NCBI RefSeq assembly: GCF_902500255.1
Contig: NC_047118.1
Span: 75,469,565 to 75,533,564, forward strand
Direction of reading: 5' to 3'
Origin: Thalassophryne amazonica
Taxonomy: Eukaryota
DNA: 64,000 nt
Of this stretch, positions 38,860-51,643 are shown one piece after another; the first letter of the stretch is position 1; each line of letters opens with the position of its first letter. The notes under the pieces were generated by a model. That model was not told where the DNA came from. It searched no databases and was given only the letters and a program-made list of their open reading frames with translations. Made by a program: the position numbers and the translations under genes.

Positions 38860-41800
38860 GCCTGGGGGGGCGCTGTTTGACACCATGGAGTGAAGACGTG
38901 CCTCATGAGGCTCCGCAATAATTCCCTTTTCTGCCTTATTTCATTTGTTTTTGGTTATTATTATTCTTTGGTAAATTTCCATATGCTTAACTGTGGAAAA
39001 AAAGTACATATATTTTGTTCCTGCTGGACGGAAGCCTGAGTTCTGCTGGGTCACTGGATGAGTGGACGGAGGTACCTAGTGGATAGCAAAAGGGGGTGTG
39101 CGCGCATCTTGTTTGGGAAGATGCTTCAGCCGTTAGGGGTATGTTTGATTGTTCTTCTTTTGTTCGTTGCACTGTTTAGGCACAGGTTTTGTGGTCTTCA
39201 CATGCTTGCAATGGGTCATTCCTCTTTTTTTTTTATTTACTTTACTTTATTTTATTTATTTATTTATTTTGGTGTTTGTTAATAATGTCACAATCCAATA
39301 AGGGTAATGTACTGAAGGGTCAAATTCTCAAGTTTTGTAGCTGGAATTGTAAAGGATTAAATCAACCTATTAAAAGGAGTAAAGTGCTCCATCATTTACA
39401 GTATTTAGGCGTTCAAATAGCTTTCTTACAGGAAACTCACTTGAAAATTTCAGATCATTCTAGACTTCGGGAGGGCTGGGTGGGTCAGTTGTATCATTCA
39501 ACTTTTCAAAGTAAGGCTCGGGGCGCTGCCATTCTGATTCACAAATCTGTGCCATTTGTTTGTTCTAATGTCATTGCTGATCCTAATGGTAGATACATTA
39601 TTGTTAGTGGAAGTATCTTTGATACAAAATTAATTTTGGCTAATGTGTATGCTCCCAATTGGGATGACTGTAATTTTTTTAGTTCCTTTTTCACAAAAAT
39701 TCCAGATTTATCCTCGCATTTTTTGGTTTTGGGTGGTGATCTCAACTGTTGGTTGAGTCAGCTGGATCGATCATCAAATAATTCTATCAGACAATCACAC
39801 TCTTCCAAAGTTGTAAATAATTTTCTCAAGGAATTCTCAGTTGTTGATGCCTGGCGTTCTCTTAATCCTACTCTGAGAGAATACACTTTTTTCTCCCCAG
39901 TTCATCATACATACACACGTATTGATTACTTTCTCCTGGACAGTCGGCTCATACCTCATATCCGTGCCAGTGCTCATAATGCTATTGTCATTTCAGATCA
40001 TGCCCCAGTGACATTGGACTTGGTAGTGGGCAGTGGCACTTTCTCTTTTGTCCCATGGCGCATGAATGCGCGCCTGTTGTCTGATGATAAGTTTGCTGAC
40101 TTTGTGGTGTCAAAAATTGATCTATTTGTTGCCACAAATGATACACCTGGTGTATCGCCTTCCCTTCTGTGGGAGGCATTTAAGGCTTTTATACGGGGAC
40201 ATATTATTTCCTACAGTAGTTTTGATGTGAAGCAAAGAAAGGCAAAGTTATTAGAACTTACAACTCAAATTCATCAGTTGGATGAATTGTATGCCACCTC
40301 TCCTTTACCCGAAGTATATAATGATAGATTGTGTTTGCAGGCAGAATTTGATCGCTTATCGTCAGTCCAGGCTGAGGAGATGTTGTTGAAGGCACAACAC
40401 GCCCAATACGAGCACGGTGACAAGGCCAGTAAACTCCTCTCTCATCAGCTCCGTAGCGTGTTGACAGCACATCTTATTCCACAGATCCAAACCCCTGGTG
40501 GTGTTTCATCTGACCCTCAAATAATTAACGATCAGTTTCGGAACTTCTATTCATCACTTTATATCTCTGAATGTCCTTTTAGTATTCTGTCTTTGGACTC
40601 ATTCTTTGACAACCTTGTCTGTCCTGTATTGGATAGAGCACAGAGTCTTAAGTTGGAGGAGCCTGTTGGTGTCGGGGAGGTTCTTCGGGCTATTAATAGA
40701 ATGCAGGGTTCTAAATGTCCTGGGCAGGATGGATTTCCTGTTGAATTTTATAGAAAGTTTATTCTTAAATTGGCCCCTCTCCTTTTGAAGATGTTTAATC
40801 ACTCATTTGAATCTGGATCTCTTCCTGCTTCTTTATTACAGGCCTCCATATCCCTAATCCTGAAGAAGGATAAGGACCCGCTGTCCTGTGGCTCCTATCG
40901 CCCGATTTCACTTCTAAATGTAGACTATAAAATTCTTGCAAAAATTTTGGCCCTTCATCTGGAAACCATATTACCATCAGTAATCAGTCCTGACCAGACT
41001 GGATTTATTAAAGGTAGATATGCCTTTTCTAACCTTAGACGCTTGTTTAATATACTTTACAGCCCTACAGACTCTGCTGAAGCCGAATTTGCACTTAGTT
41101 TGGACACTGAGAAGGCGTTTGACAGAGTCGAGTGGGGTTACCTCTTCTATGTGCTTGAACGATTCGGATTTGGTCATAAGTTTGTCTCATGGATAAAGCT
41201 TTTATACACTACCCCACTTGCCTGTGTCAAAACAAATTCTATTTACTCAAAAATTTTTTCCTCTTTTTAGAGGCACTAGACAGGGCTGCCCTATGTCTCC
41301 ATTATGTTTTGCAATCGCCATAGAACCATTGGCTATCTCACTTAGATCTAATCCACATATCATTGGAGTCACGAGACTTGGCCTTGAACAAAAGGTTTCC
41401 CTGTACGCTGACGATTTGCTTTTCTACATTTCAAAACCAGCTTCCTCAATTCCCATTGTTCTCTCAATTCTTGACCAGTTTAGCCGTATTTCTGGCTATA
41501 AATTAAACCTAGGTAAAAGTGAAATTTTTCCCTTGAATTCTGCGGCTCGAAGTTATCCATTGGCTTCCCTTCCGTTTCGGGTTGCACTTGAAGGTTTTAC
41601 ATATTTAGGGGTGAAAGTTAAAAGTAAATTTTGTGAACTGTTCAAGTTTAATTTTGAGCCTCTTGTGGATAGGGTTAGGCAGGATTTAGACAGATGGTCC
41701 TTACTTCATCTATCTGTTGCTGGAAGAATTAATACAGTTAAAATGAAAGTGCTTCCGAAGTTTTCTTTTCTCTTCCAATGTCCTTGTTTATATCCCTGTC

Positions 41801-43613
41801 TCTTTCTTTAGTAAACTGGACCAAATTATTACCAGCAACCATCTAGGATCCGTAAATCGGATCTACAGAGACCAAAAAATGTTGGTGGAATGGCATTACC
41901 AAATTATATGTTTTATTACTGAGCCTCTAATATCCGCATTCTTACATACTGGCTTAAGTCAGATGACTTGGACAACACCCCACCTTGACTCAGCTTGGAA
42001 ACCTCATCGTGTGTGCGATCATCCTTATCAGCTCTGGTTTACGCTCCAAAATCGTTACCAGCCACTGAAATCTCTAATAATAAAATCGTAGGCACAACAT
42101 TGAAGGTTTGGTTTCAGTTTCGGCGCTACTTTAAATTTAACTTCTTTTCTTTGCAATCCCCTATTTTTAAAAACCCTTTATTTCGGCCCTCCCTGATTGA
42201 TTCTGCATTTTCCCTCTGGTCTTCTCTTGGTATTAAATCATTCAATGATCTCTACTTTGAGGGTACTTTCGCATCTTTTGATCGGCTTTCTTTGAAATTT
42301 GATCTCCCAAAAAGTCACTTTTTCCGCTATTTACAAGTTCGAAGCTATGTTAAAGAGAAAACTACTTTGTTTCCATCTAAACCTCCCGCCCAGGATTTTG
42401 AGAATCTTCTGTTGCCTCCCCCACCACGAAAGGGTCTTATATCATGCCTATATGAGAGATTGTGTTCTTTACGTGAATCTCATATTTTAACTATCAAAGC
42501 AGCATGGGTGGATGACTTTGCTATCCAGGATGATTTATGGGAAACAATCCTCCATCGGGTACATGGTTCTTCTCTGTGTGCCAGGCATGGTTTAATTCAA
42601 TGTAAGATAGTGCATCACACTCACTGGACTAAGGCTAGACTCTCTAGGGTATATCCTAATGTTAGTCCAGATTGTGACCGTTGCCACCAAACACCCGCAT
42701 CACTAATCCATATGTTCTGGTCATGTTCATCACTTCAACAATATTGGACCAAAATTTTTGCAACATTGTCAGAAGTTGTCCAGCTGACCATTCAACCTGA
42801 TCCGTTAACAGCACTGTTTGTGGTTTTTCCTGACAGAGTCGCCATACCAAAACTTAAAGCTGATCTTGTCGCATTCCTCACTTTGTTGGCAAGACGTAGG
42901 ATTTTGTTGTGTTGGAAATCAGCCACCTCCATCATTTGGAATTTGGATTAATGACTCTTTATATTTCAGCAAACTCGAAAAAATTAAATTTACCTTATGT
43001 GGATCCACCTCAAAATTTATTAAGATCTGGTAACCTTTTTTTGATCATATTCGGACACTGCAGACCCGGAAGGTACCCACGTAACCGTAAAAGAATTTCA
43101 GCTATATTCACATATTTTATGCTTGACCCTTGTATTATTGTATGATTGCCCTTAATATTATCTGGATTAACTCAACTTTAATTATTTGGTCATATTTACT
43201 TACTGGCCCTTTCATCTCAGAACTTTATCTTTTTGTCTTTGCACAATGAAGACCCCATCTTTTTATTTATTTTTTTTTTCCTTTGTCTCTTTATGTGTAT
43301 ATATATATATATATATATTATTATTATTATTATTATTGCTGTTATTTTTTTACGCTGCCTACATTGCACATCTTAATACTTTTGTTAAGATTGGTCTTCT
43401 TTCTTCAGATTGTACCTTTTGGTAGCTGTTTTTTTTTTTTTTCTCAATATTTTATTACTCAGGTATGATTGTGCTGTGCACTGTAGAAGGATGGTTCCAT
43501 TCTGTTCTTCTGTTCTTTAAAAAAAAAAATGCATATATATTTTGTATATCCGTATTCTGTATTATTGGTGTAAAAATCCAATAAAAAAATATATATATAT
43601 ATATAAAAAAAAA
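38860..43613 (+). mobile_element. L1-type LINE (APE endonuclease, RT, Cys-rich C-terminal domain), 5'-truncated or lacking ORF1, inserted in the Tc1 transposase gene; 15-bp TSD and poly-A tail
   Basis: Direct repeat agaaacgccaccgcc at 38845-38859 and 43614-43628. Poly-A 43605-43613 preceded by (TA)n and (TTA)n. ORF2 runs in three frames (39285-41270, 41218-41811, 41995-42951) with EN motifs (CSWNCKGLN, LQETHL), an L1-like RT (FADDLLFY) and a C-terminal CxxC..H..C domain. Confidence 0.8.
39285..42951 (+). pseudogene. L1 ORF2 (endonuclease-RT), interrupted by two frameshifts
   Basis: ORFs 39189-41270, 41218-41811 and 41995-42951 are collinear with L1 ORF2 domain order. Confidence 0.75.
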
Positions 43614-44543
43614 AGAAACGCCACCGCCTTCTCTGGGTCTGAGCTCATTTGAAATGGACAGATGCAAAGTGGAAAAGTGTGCTGTGGTCTGATGAGTCCA
43701 CATTTCAAACTGTTTTTGGAAATCATGGACGTCGTGTCCTCCGGAAAAAAGAGGAAAAACACCATCCAGATTGTTACCTGTGCAAAGTTCAAAAGCCAGC
43801 ATCTGTGATGGTATGGGGGTGTGTTAGTGCCCATGGCATGGACAACTTACACATCTGTGATGGCACCATCAATGCTGAAAGGTACATCCAGGTTTTGGAG
43901 CAACACATGCTGCCATCCAAGCAACGTCTTTTTCAGGGACGTCCCTGGTTATTTCAGTAAGACAATGCCAAGACACATTCTGCACGTGTTACAACAGCAT
44001 GGCTTCGTAGTAAAAGAGTGCAGGTACTAGACTGGCCTGCCTGCAGTCCAGACCTGTCACCCATTGAAAATGTGTGGCGCATTATGAAATGCAAAATACA
44101 ACAACAGAGACCCCGGACTGTTGAACAACTGAAGTCATACATCAAGCAAGAATGGGAAAGAATTCCACCTACAAAGCTTCAACAATTAGTGTCCTCAGTT
44201 CCCAAACGCTTATTGAGTGTTGTTAGAAGGAAAGGTGATGTAACACAGTGATAAACATACAACTGTCCCAGCTTTTTTGAAACATGTTGCAGGCATCCAT
44301 TTCAAAATGAGCAAATATTTGCACAAAACAAGAAAGTGTATCAGTTTGAACATTAAATATCTTGTCTTTGTGGTGTATTCAACTGAATACAGGTTGAAGA
44401 GGATTTGCAAATCATTGTATTATGTTTCTATTTACATTTTACACAAAGTCCCAACTTCACTGGAATTGGGGTTGTAAGTGTGACTTTCCAAAGCTCAATA
44501 AGTGCATTTCAAGATATTTCAACTTCAGAACCAATTCTGGATT

Positions 44544-44545
<2 letters not shown>

Positions 44546-44584
<39 letters not shown>

Positions 44585-44590
44585 ACACAA
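44546..44590. repeat. (CA)n microsatellite
   Basis: Seen directly. Confidence 0.95.
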
Positions 44591-44721
44591 AATCACTATG
44601 TGATGATCTTTAAGGTAAAATCACAGCACAATTAAACTGTCTTTTGATCTTCTTCAGATAAAGCTCCGCCTTCCACCTCCTCTTCATCAGTTAGCCTAAA
44701 ACGCTCCACCTCCAGCTTCTG

Positions 44722-44959
44722 ATGGCTACCAACCCAAGCCCCGTCCACTTACAAAACAGCATGGAGGCAGCACAGCAGCCAGACCAGCCAATCAGCACAC
44801 AGCCAGATGGAGAGACCAATCATTGCACAGTGACTTCTCAACCTGTCAGTGCCGAGCAACAAGCCCTGCCCCAAGCAACAGACACTCCCGAAGCCAAGCA
44901 GACAGATGAGAGCAAACCCATGGAGCACCTGTCAGTGATCAATGAGAACACAGAGACAA
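44722..44959 (+). CDS. Candidate first coding exon, possibly of the downstream dispanin-family gene; its splice phase fits the acceptor at 48639
   Basis: ATG at 44722 in context ttctgATGG. 79-codon open frame MATNPSPVHLQNSMEAAQQPDQ..NENTETS. Donor A|gtaaga at 44960. Phase 1 joins in frame to 48640 (a+gt aac gga ..ggc ATG). Confidence 0.3.
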
Positions 44960-47900
44960 GTAAGAATCAATCACACTGAAGAATTCAAATTTTTTTATTT
45001 AAAATTAAATAAATCAGTTCTTCAGAATCTGTTTGCACATATCACATAGTGAATTGTGTAAAAAGATTATTATTACTATTATCATCGTCGTCGTCAGTGT
45101 ATGCCTCTAGGTCCTCATGTTTGGTGACATATCTTTGCAGGAGAATGAAGGACCAAGTCTTTAGTGTCCAGGGGCCTCATGTACAAAGACTTGCATGGAT
45201 TTCCTACTGAAACATGGCATACGCCAAAACCCAGAAACTGGCGTAAACTCAAAATAATTCAGATGTATCAAAGTGTGCATATGCATGGATCCAAGCACGT
45301 TCCTTTTGTGCATCCCACTGAACTTGGAATTGAGCGCACATGCAGAAGTACCAAACTCCTCACTGTCCACGTCCCTATTTAAATATGCAAATGTATTTAA
45401 ATAAGTCCTGGGACCTGGGGATTCCCCTCTCTGTCCAGAATCACGGTAAGAAAAGGAATTTAACCGAGCGTGGGCTACAGATGAAGTGGAATAAATGAAG
45501 TAATTGAAGTCGATTAATGTGGGGACATTTTTTGTGGTACCCTGTCAACCGGAATAGACATGAAGCGGAAGCAGCACACACACACTGAAGTTAAAGAGAA
45601 TGAGGTGCAGCTGACAGTGTGTGACATCACAGCTATACGCACACATTTACTGACAAATACTGAACACAGGCAGACAATCAGAGACTTATTAAGAAGCTCT
45701 AGTTTCACTTTCGAGAAACAAACAAACAAAAAATAATAATAACAAAAACATATTTGAATGGGCAAATGCCCAAATGTACCCACACTGGTTTCATTTGGGA
45801 CAAATACTTACTCATCGTGTATGTGGCAGACAGGGGCACAAAATGCAGGGTGACACAGGGGAAGGGGGGTCTGGGGGGTTATGGTTATGGTTAGGAGAAG
45901 GGGTTAGGGTTAGAAATAATAAAATAAAAAAAACATGTCACAGAAATATTAATCAATTCGTGACAGGAGCATGAAGAAAAGCATGAGACTGGGCTGCCCC
46001 AACCACGCTGTTAGTAAGGATGAATGAGTCAGACCAGGCCACCTAACCACGATGTTACATTTGCACATCGCATATGATTTGAACACTGATGGAATGAAAA
46101 AAGTTTTTTATTAACAAGACCAAATTCGTCACGTGATGGCGCCTTTATAGCAATATGTGTGCAGTTAATAGCTCAGATTACATTCGGTAAACTGGCTTTT
46201 GCTGCAAATTCCACTTTAATGTTAGAATGTGATGTACACGGATGACATTCAGATGATTCCATCCCACATAGCTGGCATGGCTCGGCTCAAGGTTAACAGG
46301 CACACTCCTGACCAATCCACCAGCTCCCACTGGAATGCCGCTGTTGCCAGGAAGCCCAGCTTGGGCAGCACCTCTGTGGACATAGACAACCCCTGGCTCC
46401 TCGCTGTATTGCGCTATGGGCCGGCAGCAGTTCTGTGCACAACTCCAGTCACAGTGACCTTGGTACACAAAATCGGCTTATGAGCCAATTGTCGTCATTT
46501 GCAAGTAAATCCTTGCATTCCATGAAAACATGCTCATGTTGGATTGTACCATTTGCAAGGTCCTCTAACAATGCTAACGCAGCCACTGTTAGTGCCATTT
46601 TATGCAGCACTTTGTGCGTGCTTTTAGATCCAGCCATATAATTGCAAACACATGGGTGTGTTTCTGATGTGCACATCACTCCACTCCAATGACTTCTTGT
46701 TTCCCAGTATCCCAACATCACCTCTACGTTACCAGTGGACCAGCAGCTGTAAAAAAACATGTGTACGCTAGCCAAAATTTTTGTGTGACACACTGCACAT
46801 TTTCACGGTCATTTCACTTTTGATACATTAACATGGAGACGGACGTACGGCACGGTTTTGTGCGTACGCACATTTTGTACATGAGACCCCTGGTGTTTTA
46901 TGTCCATATAGTTGTGAGACCTGTACTGTACCCAGTGACCTAAGGTGATGACTGGATGTCTTTGGTACCAGATATTTTTGGAGGATCCTTGGGTACCACT
47001 GGAATGACTTTGTGTCAAATGAAGGGTTACTTAGGGAGACTCAGATAGGGATGATCACTGACAATGTGAAGGAACATCAGCCAAGACAGGTGTGTCAGTG
47101 TTGAGGACCCCAGCAGTTGGAGAAGGTAAAGGACACACACACGTTTCACCTGGCTGCAACAGAGCCAAGACAATTCAACGTGTTGGATGAGGCGACACAT
47201 GGCGCTAGCTCTTGCTTCCAGACTTGATTATTTAACTAATCCACAATCATAAATAAAGAGACTCTTAGATGTATTAGTTTCAGAGCACAGATTGCTGGGG
47301 GTTTTCGGTTTGGTTGAGGGGTTTGTAGTGTTCTTTTGATGTGGTTCCTGTCCCTGTGTCCTTTTATGTTTCTAGTCACCTGTCCTGTCCAGTCCCCCCG
47401 TGATCTGTGAGCATGTGCATCTCCTCCTGTTGTCTGTGGGTACATGTGTGAGGGTGTCGCCTCTCTGTCGTGTGTGTGTGTGTGTGTGTGTGTGGTGCAT
47501 GTGGGCATTCCCCCCGTGGTCTGTGTGTGTGTATGTGGGTGTGTGTGAGAGTAGGGGTGTGTTTGCACAAGTGTTCCCCAAGTGTCTCGTCCTCCTGTTC
47601 TACAGCTGTGCGCAGTCGTCTTGGTTACGCCTGGCGGCTGCACGTGTCATCTGTCATCTTCTGTGTCAGTGGGCCCCGCCCCTCCTGTTATGTGTTTTCC
47701 GCCCTCTTATCCGTTATGAGTTTATCTGTGAACGGTGTTGTCTTAGGACTCCTGGATTATGTTTGGTATAATTTATGTTTCAAGGTTATGATGTGTTTTA
47801 CCATTTAGTCCTCGTCTGTGGCTGCCCGTGGTTGTAAGGATGACACCTGGCAGCCAGGTGGGGCGTTTTGACAGCTTTCCCCTCGCGCACTGTTTGGTGT

Positions 47901-48659
47901 CTCTTCTTTGTGTTTCATGTTTTTTATTTTTTCCTTGTGTTTATTGCATTTCTGTTGTTCATCACTGTGTCATTTTGTTGGTTCACTGTTTCATGATTTG
48001 GTTTTATTTTTTCCACTTGGGTTGTCTGGTAATTTTTCTTCCCCCACGTGCCTGTCCTGTTCCGTTCACCCATGTCACACCTGTGGTTCATCAGTTCAGT
48101 TTGTTTTTAAGCTCTCACTTTGTCATTGTTCAGTGCCCGTCCCTTGCTCCTCACCACACTATTCATGTACTGTTAGATCACACATTGTATCGAGCTCATC
48201 CACCTTTTCCCTCGCTCCATTTCTCTGCACCAAGTGTCACCTGGTCGTAAGTGCTCCACGCACTGTCAGTGTTTTTTTGACAGCTGTTTTTTGTTGCCAC
48301 ACCATTTGTTAGCCACTCAGCCTTTTGTAGTTTTATTTATTTATTTATTTATTGGTTCTTATCTGGAGTCACATGTATTTTTACAGCCACGTTTGGGACT
48401 ATTAAACACCTAATCCTTTGTTGTCCAGCTGCCTGCATCCTGGGGTCCAACCTTCATGTTCCGTGGTACCAAACTATTACAACAGATGATCCATTTGAGA
48501 TCAGGACTGAAGTGATTTAAAAAACAAATTATTTTGTGCCAAAACAAACTGGAGAACATGAGCTTTGTAAGAGTTCTCTATAATGAGGAAAAGTCTTTTT
48601 TCATCATTATTTCAGTCATCTCGCTCTGTTCTTGTCCAGGTAACGGAGTTGCTCCAGGC

Positions 48660-48932
48660 ATGGCTAACTCCTCTCCAACAGCGCCCTCTGTGTCACCTAA
48701 GCAGCAACACTCCAAACCTGGAGGCAGCGCCAATGGTCAGCCTCGGATAAGTAGCCGGTCTGCATCTTTGGCAGGAAATTCACCTCGACCTTCACTCACA
48801 CGCCAGGCCAGCACCATCACAGAGGGAGCCATAGATGGTTCCAAGCCCAGGGACTACCTAATGTTGGCCATACTGTCGTGTTTCTGCCCGCTATGGCCCA
48901 TCAACATCGTCGCTCTCACCTTCTCCGTCATG
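48660..48932 (+). CDS. Coding exon of a CD225/dispanin-family gene (PRRT2/TRARG1/TMEM233-like): N-terminal Ser/Pro-rich region and first transmembrane helix
   Basis: [91 protein letters not shown]. The [18 protein letters not shown] motif is the CD225 signature. The exon ends ..SVM|gtacca, the same position as the PRRT2 exon boundary (AVM|SRNSLQQ) as I recall it. Confidence 0.65.
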
Positions 48933-49149
48933 GTACCACTTTATTATAAATTAATTAGTAAGATGGAGCAGGTCCAGTCAGACCAAGAGACATTATATTT
49001 CTTAATACAACTACACCACTACTGGTGGACATGGTGGCCACTAGGGCTAGGGCTACTTCCACACAAACTCCTTTCCACAGGTTTATGATCATGTTTGTTT
49101 TAGAATGTAACTGCAGTTAAACAATAGGAAAGCAAAAGTTGTTTTTCTT

Positions 49150-50135
49150 AATTTCTTTTAGTGGGGGTTGGCCTCCACCAGGGCTGCACCTTGTCACCAA
49201 TCCTGTTTGTGATATTCATAGACAGGATATTGAAATGTAGTCAGGGGGAAGACGGTTTCCACTGGGGTGGGCTCAGGGTCATCGCTGCTTTTTTAGATGA
49301 TGTGATCCTGTTGGCTTTATCAGCCGGTGACCTCCAACACTCACTGGATAGGGTCACAGCCAAGTGTGAAGCGGCTGGGATGAGGATCAGCACCTCTAAA
49401 TCTGAGGCCATGGTTCTCAGCAGGAAACCAATGGATTGTCTACTTTTGGTAGGGAATGAGGTCTTGCCCCAGGTGAAGGAGTTCAAGTACCTTGGGGTCT
49501 TGCTCACAAGTGAGGGGACAATGGGGCATGAGATTGGCCGGAGAATTGGCGCAGCAAGGGCGGTGTTGCATTTGCTCTGCTGTATTGTTGTGATGAAAAT
49601 GGAGCTGAGCTAAAAGGCGAAGCTCTCAATTTTCTGGTCAGTCATTGTTCCTACTCTCACCTATGGTCATGAGGGTTGGGTCATGATCGAAAGAGCTAGA
49701 TCAAGTACCCAAAATGGGCTTCCTCAGGAGGGTGGCTGGTGTCTCCCTTAGAGATAGGGTGAGAAGCTCGGTCATCCATGGGGAGCTCAGAGTAGAGCCA
49801 CTGCTCCTTCGCTTTGTAAGGAGCCAGCTGACGTGGTTCGGGCATCTGGTAAGGATGCCCCCTGGGCGCCTCCCTAGGGAGGTGTTCCAGGAACGTCCAA
49901 CCGGGAGAAGGACCCAGGGAAATCCATCTGGGAGGAAACCCCGGGGAAGACCCAGGACTAGGTTGAGAGATTATATCTGCACACTGGCCTGGGAATGCCT
50001 CGGGATCCCCCAGTAAAGGTGGTTAATGTGGCCTGGGAAAGGGAAGTCTGGGGTCCCCTACTGGAGCTGTTGCCCCCGTGACCCGATCCTAGATAAGCGG
50101 TTGAAGATGAGTGAGTGAGTGAAGTTTATTTCTCT
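49150..50135 (+). mobile_element. LINE fragment (RT domains 4-7 plus characteristic C-terminal tail) lying in the dispanin-gene intron in sense orientation
   Basis: ORFs 49161-49613 (GVGLHQGCTLSPILF, AFLDDVILLA) and 49714-50016 (SLRDRVRSSVIHGELRVEPLLLRFVRSQLTWFGHLVRMPPGRLPREVF..RGRPRTRLRDYI). The 3' tail is shared with 35700-36010 and 61850-61990. Confidence 0.65.
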
Positions 50136-50482
50136 GATTTAATACATTGGTGTTTGTAAATGGTCTGTCTATCACTGACAACCACATCTGCACCTAATTT
50201 TCATCATCAATCCAGCAACCACTAAGCACCCAGCAGGTGGCAGACATGTCTAATACTTGAACAAAAGAAAGTTGCCTATTGAATTAATGTGGTGCATCAA
50301 AATTCACCAGATGTGAAAGGAGTTAATCTAATTATATATCCTTTTAATTCGGTGTGTTGTAAGATAAGAGCATTTACTGTTTTTGATTTATGTTAAGTTG
50401 GAGGAGTTGAACAAATTTATCTGTTGACTCACTCCTTTTACAGGCTACTACATACCTGGGCTGTTCCAAAGCCTAGGAGTAA

Positions 50483-51643
50483 ACGAGGTCTGTTAGAAAA
50501 GTATACAACCTTTTTATTTTTTTCAAAAACTATGTGGATTTGAATCATGCGCTTGCATCAGACGAGCTTGAACCTTCGTGCGCATGCGTGAGTTTTTTCA
50601 CGCCTGTCGGTTGCGTCCTTTGCCTGTGGGCAGGCTTTGAGTGAGCACTAGTCCACCCCCCTCGTTGGATTTTTATTGTCAGGGAAATGGCTGAGAGGCT
50701 GCCGCTTTGCTCCATGAAATTTTTTCAGAAACTGTTAGAGACAGCCAGTTGGAAACCATTCGAAGGTTCAGATGGATGTCGGTGAAGATTCTGTCAGCGT
50801 CACACGGATTAAGGACCATTAAAACTGGATTAAAAACGGCCCATGGCGTGCCCCGAGCGGCCATTGACAGGCTGGAACGAGCAGATCACTTCCAAATTTA
50901 AGGCTCTGTTGATGCAGGACGTCGTGTGACTAGCAGAGAAGTTTCATAAGAGGTCGGGATCAGCACATTCCAATGTTAAAGGAGATTTTGTTATGAAAGA
51001 CGTGTGGACGGATTCGCGCGTCGAGACGCAGCCGCTCATGGCGCGGGACAAACAACACCTCCGTGTTGGAAGTCTCCCAGGACATCCTCCGCACGTCTTT
51101 GATTACAAAATCTCCTGTAACAGTGGAATGTGCCACAAAAGTGCTATGTCCAGCTCTGTTGCCATTTCTGTGGTAGTCACACGATGTCCCAGATCAACAC
51201 AGCATTCAATTTAGAAATGATCTGCTCGTTCCAGCCTGTCGTTGGCCGCTCGGTGCGCCGCGTGCCCTCCGCTGCTGTGGGCCGTCTTTAAAAAGGTTTT
51301 AACACTCCTTAATCCGTGTGACCCCGACAGAATCTTCACCGAAATCCATCTGAATCTTTCGAATGGTTTCCAACTGGCTGTCTCTAACAGTTTCTGAAAA
51401 AAATTTCATGGAGCGAAGCGGCAGCCTCTCAGCCATTTCACTGACAATAAAAATCAGACGAGGGGGGTGGGCCAGTGCTCACTCAAAGCCTGCCCACAGG
51501 CGAATGACGCAACTGACAGGCGTGAAAAAACTCACGCATGCGCACGAAGGTTCAAGCTTGTCTGATGCAAGCGCACATGATTCAAATCCATATAGTTTTT
51601 GAAAAAAAATAAAAAGGTCGGATAGTTTTCTAACAGACCTCGT
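50483..51643. mobile_element. Hairpin/foldback element, copy H3 (~1.16 kb near-perfect palindrome) inside the dispanin-gene intron
   Basis: Left arm 50483-51040 is the reverse complement of right arm 51090-51643. Outer termini are nearly identical for >300 bp. Confidence 0.7.

Larger units (their letters stand above)
38131..44474 (+). mobile_element. Tc1-family DNA transposon (copy 2 of the family at 1-756) split by a nested L1 insertion; TA TSD
   Basis: 5' TIR region from 38131 (caatcccaattccaataaagttggaacgttgtgtaaaatg..). Transposase N-terminal HTH pseudogene 38440-38859 (SQCSIARNLGIPSSTVHNIIRKFRESGELSTHKQQGRKP..KRKPYINNIQKRHR). C-terminal half 43629-44251. 3' TIR ends at 44474. TA at 38129-38130 and 44475-44476. 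Confidence 0.8.

Noticed and set aside
43250-43620. Possible separate simple-repeat locus or SINE downstream of L1 ORF2
   Set aside because: (TA)n, (TTA)n, T-runs and A-runs here are contiguous with the L1 3' UTR and end in the poly-A plus TSD, so they belong to the L1 tail.
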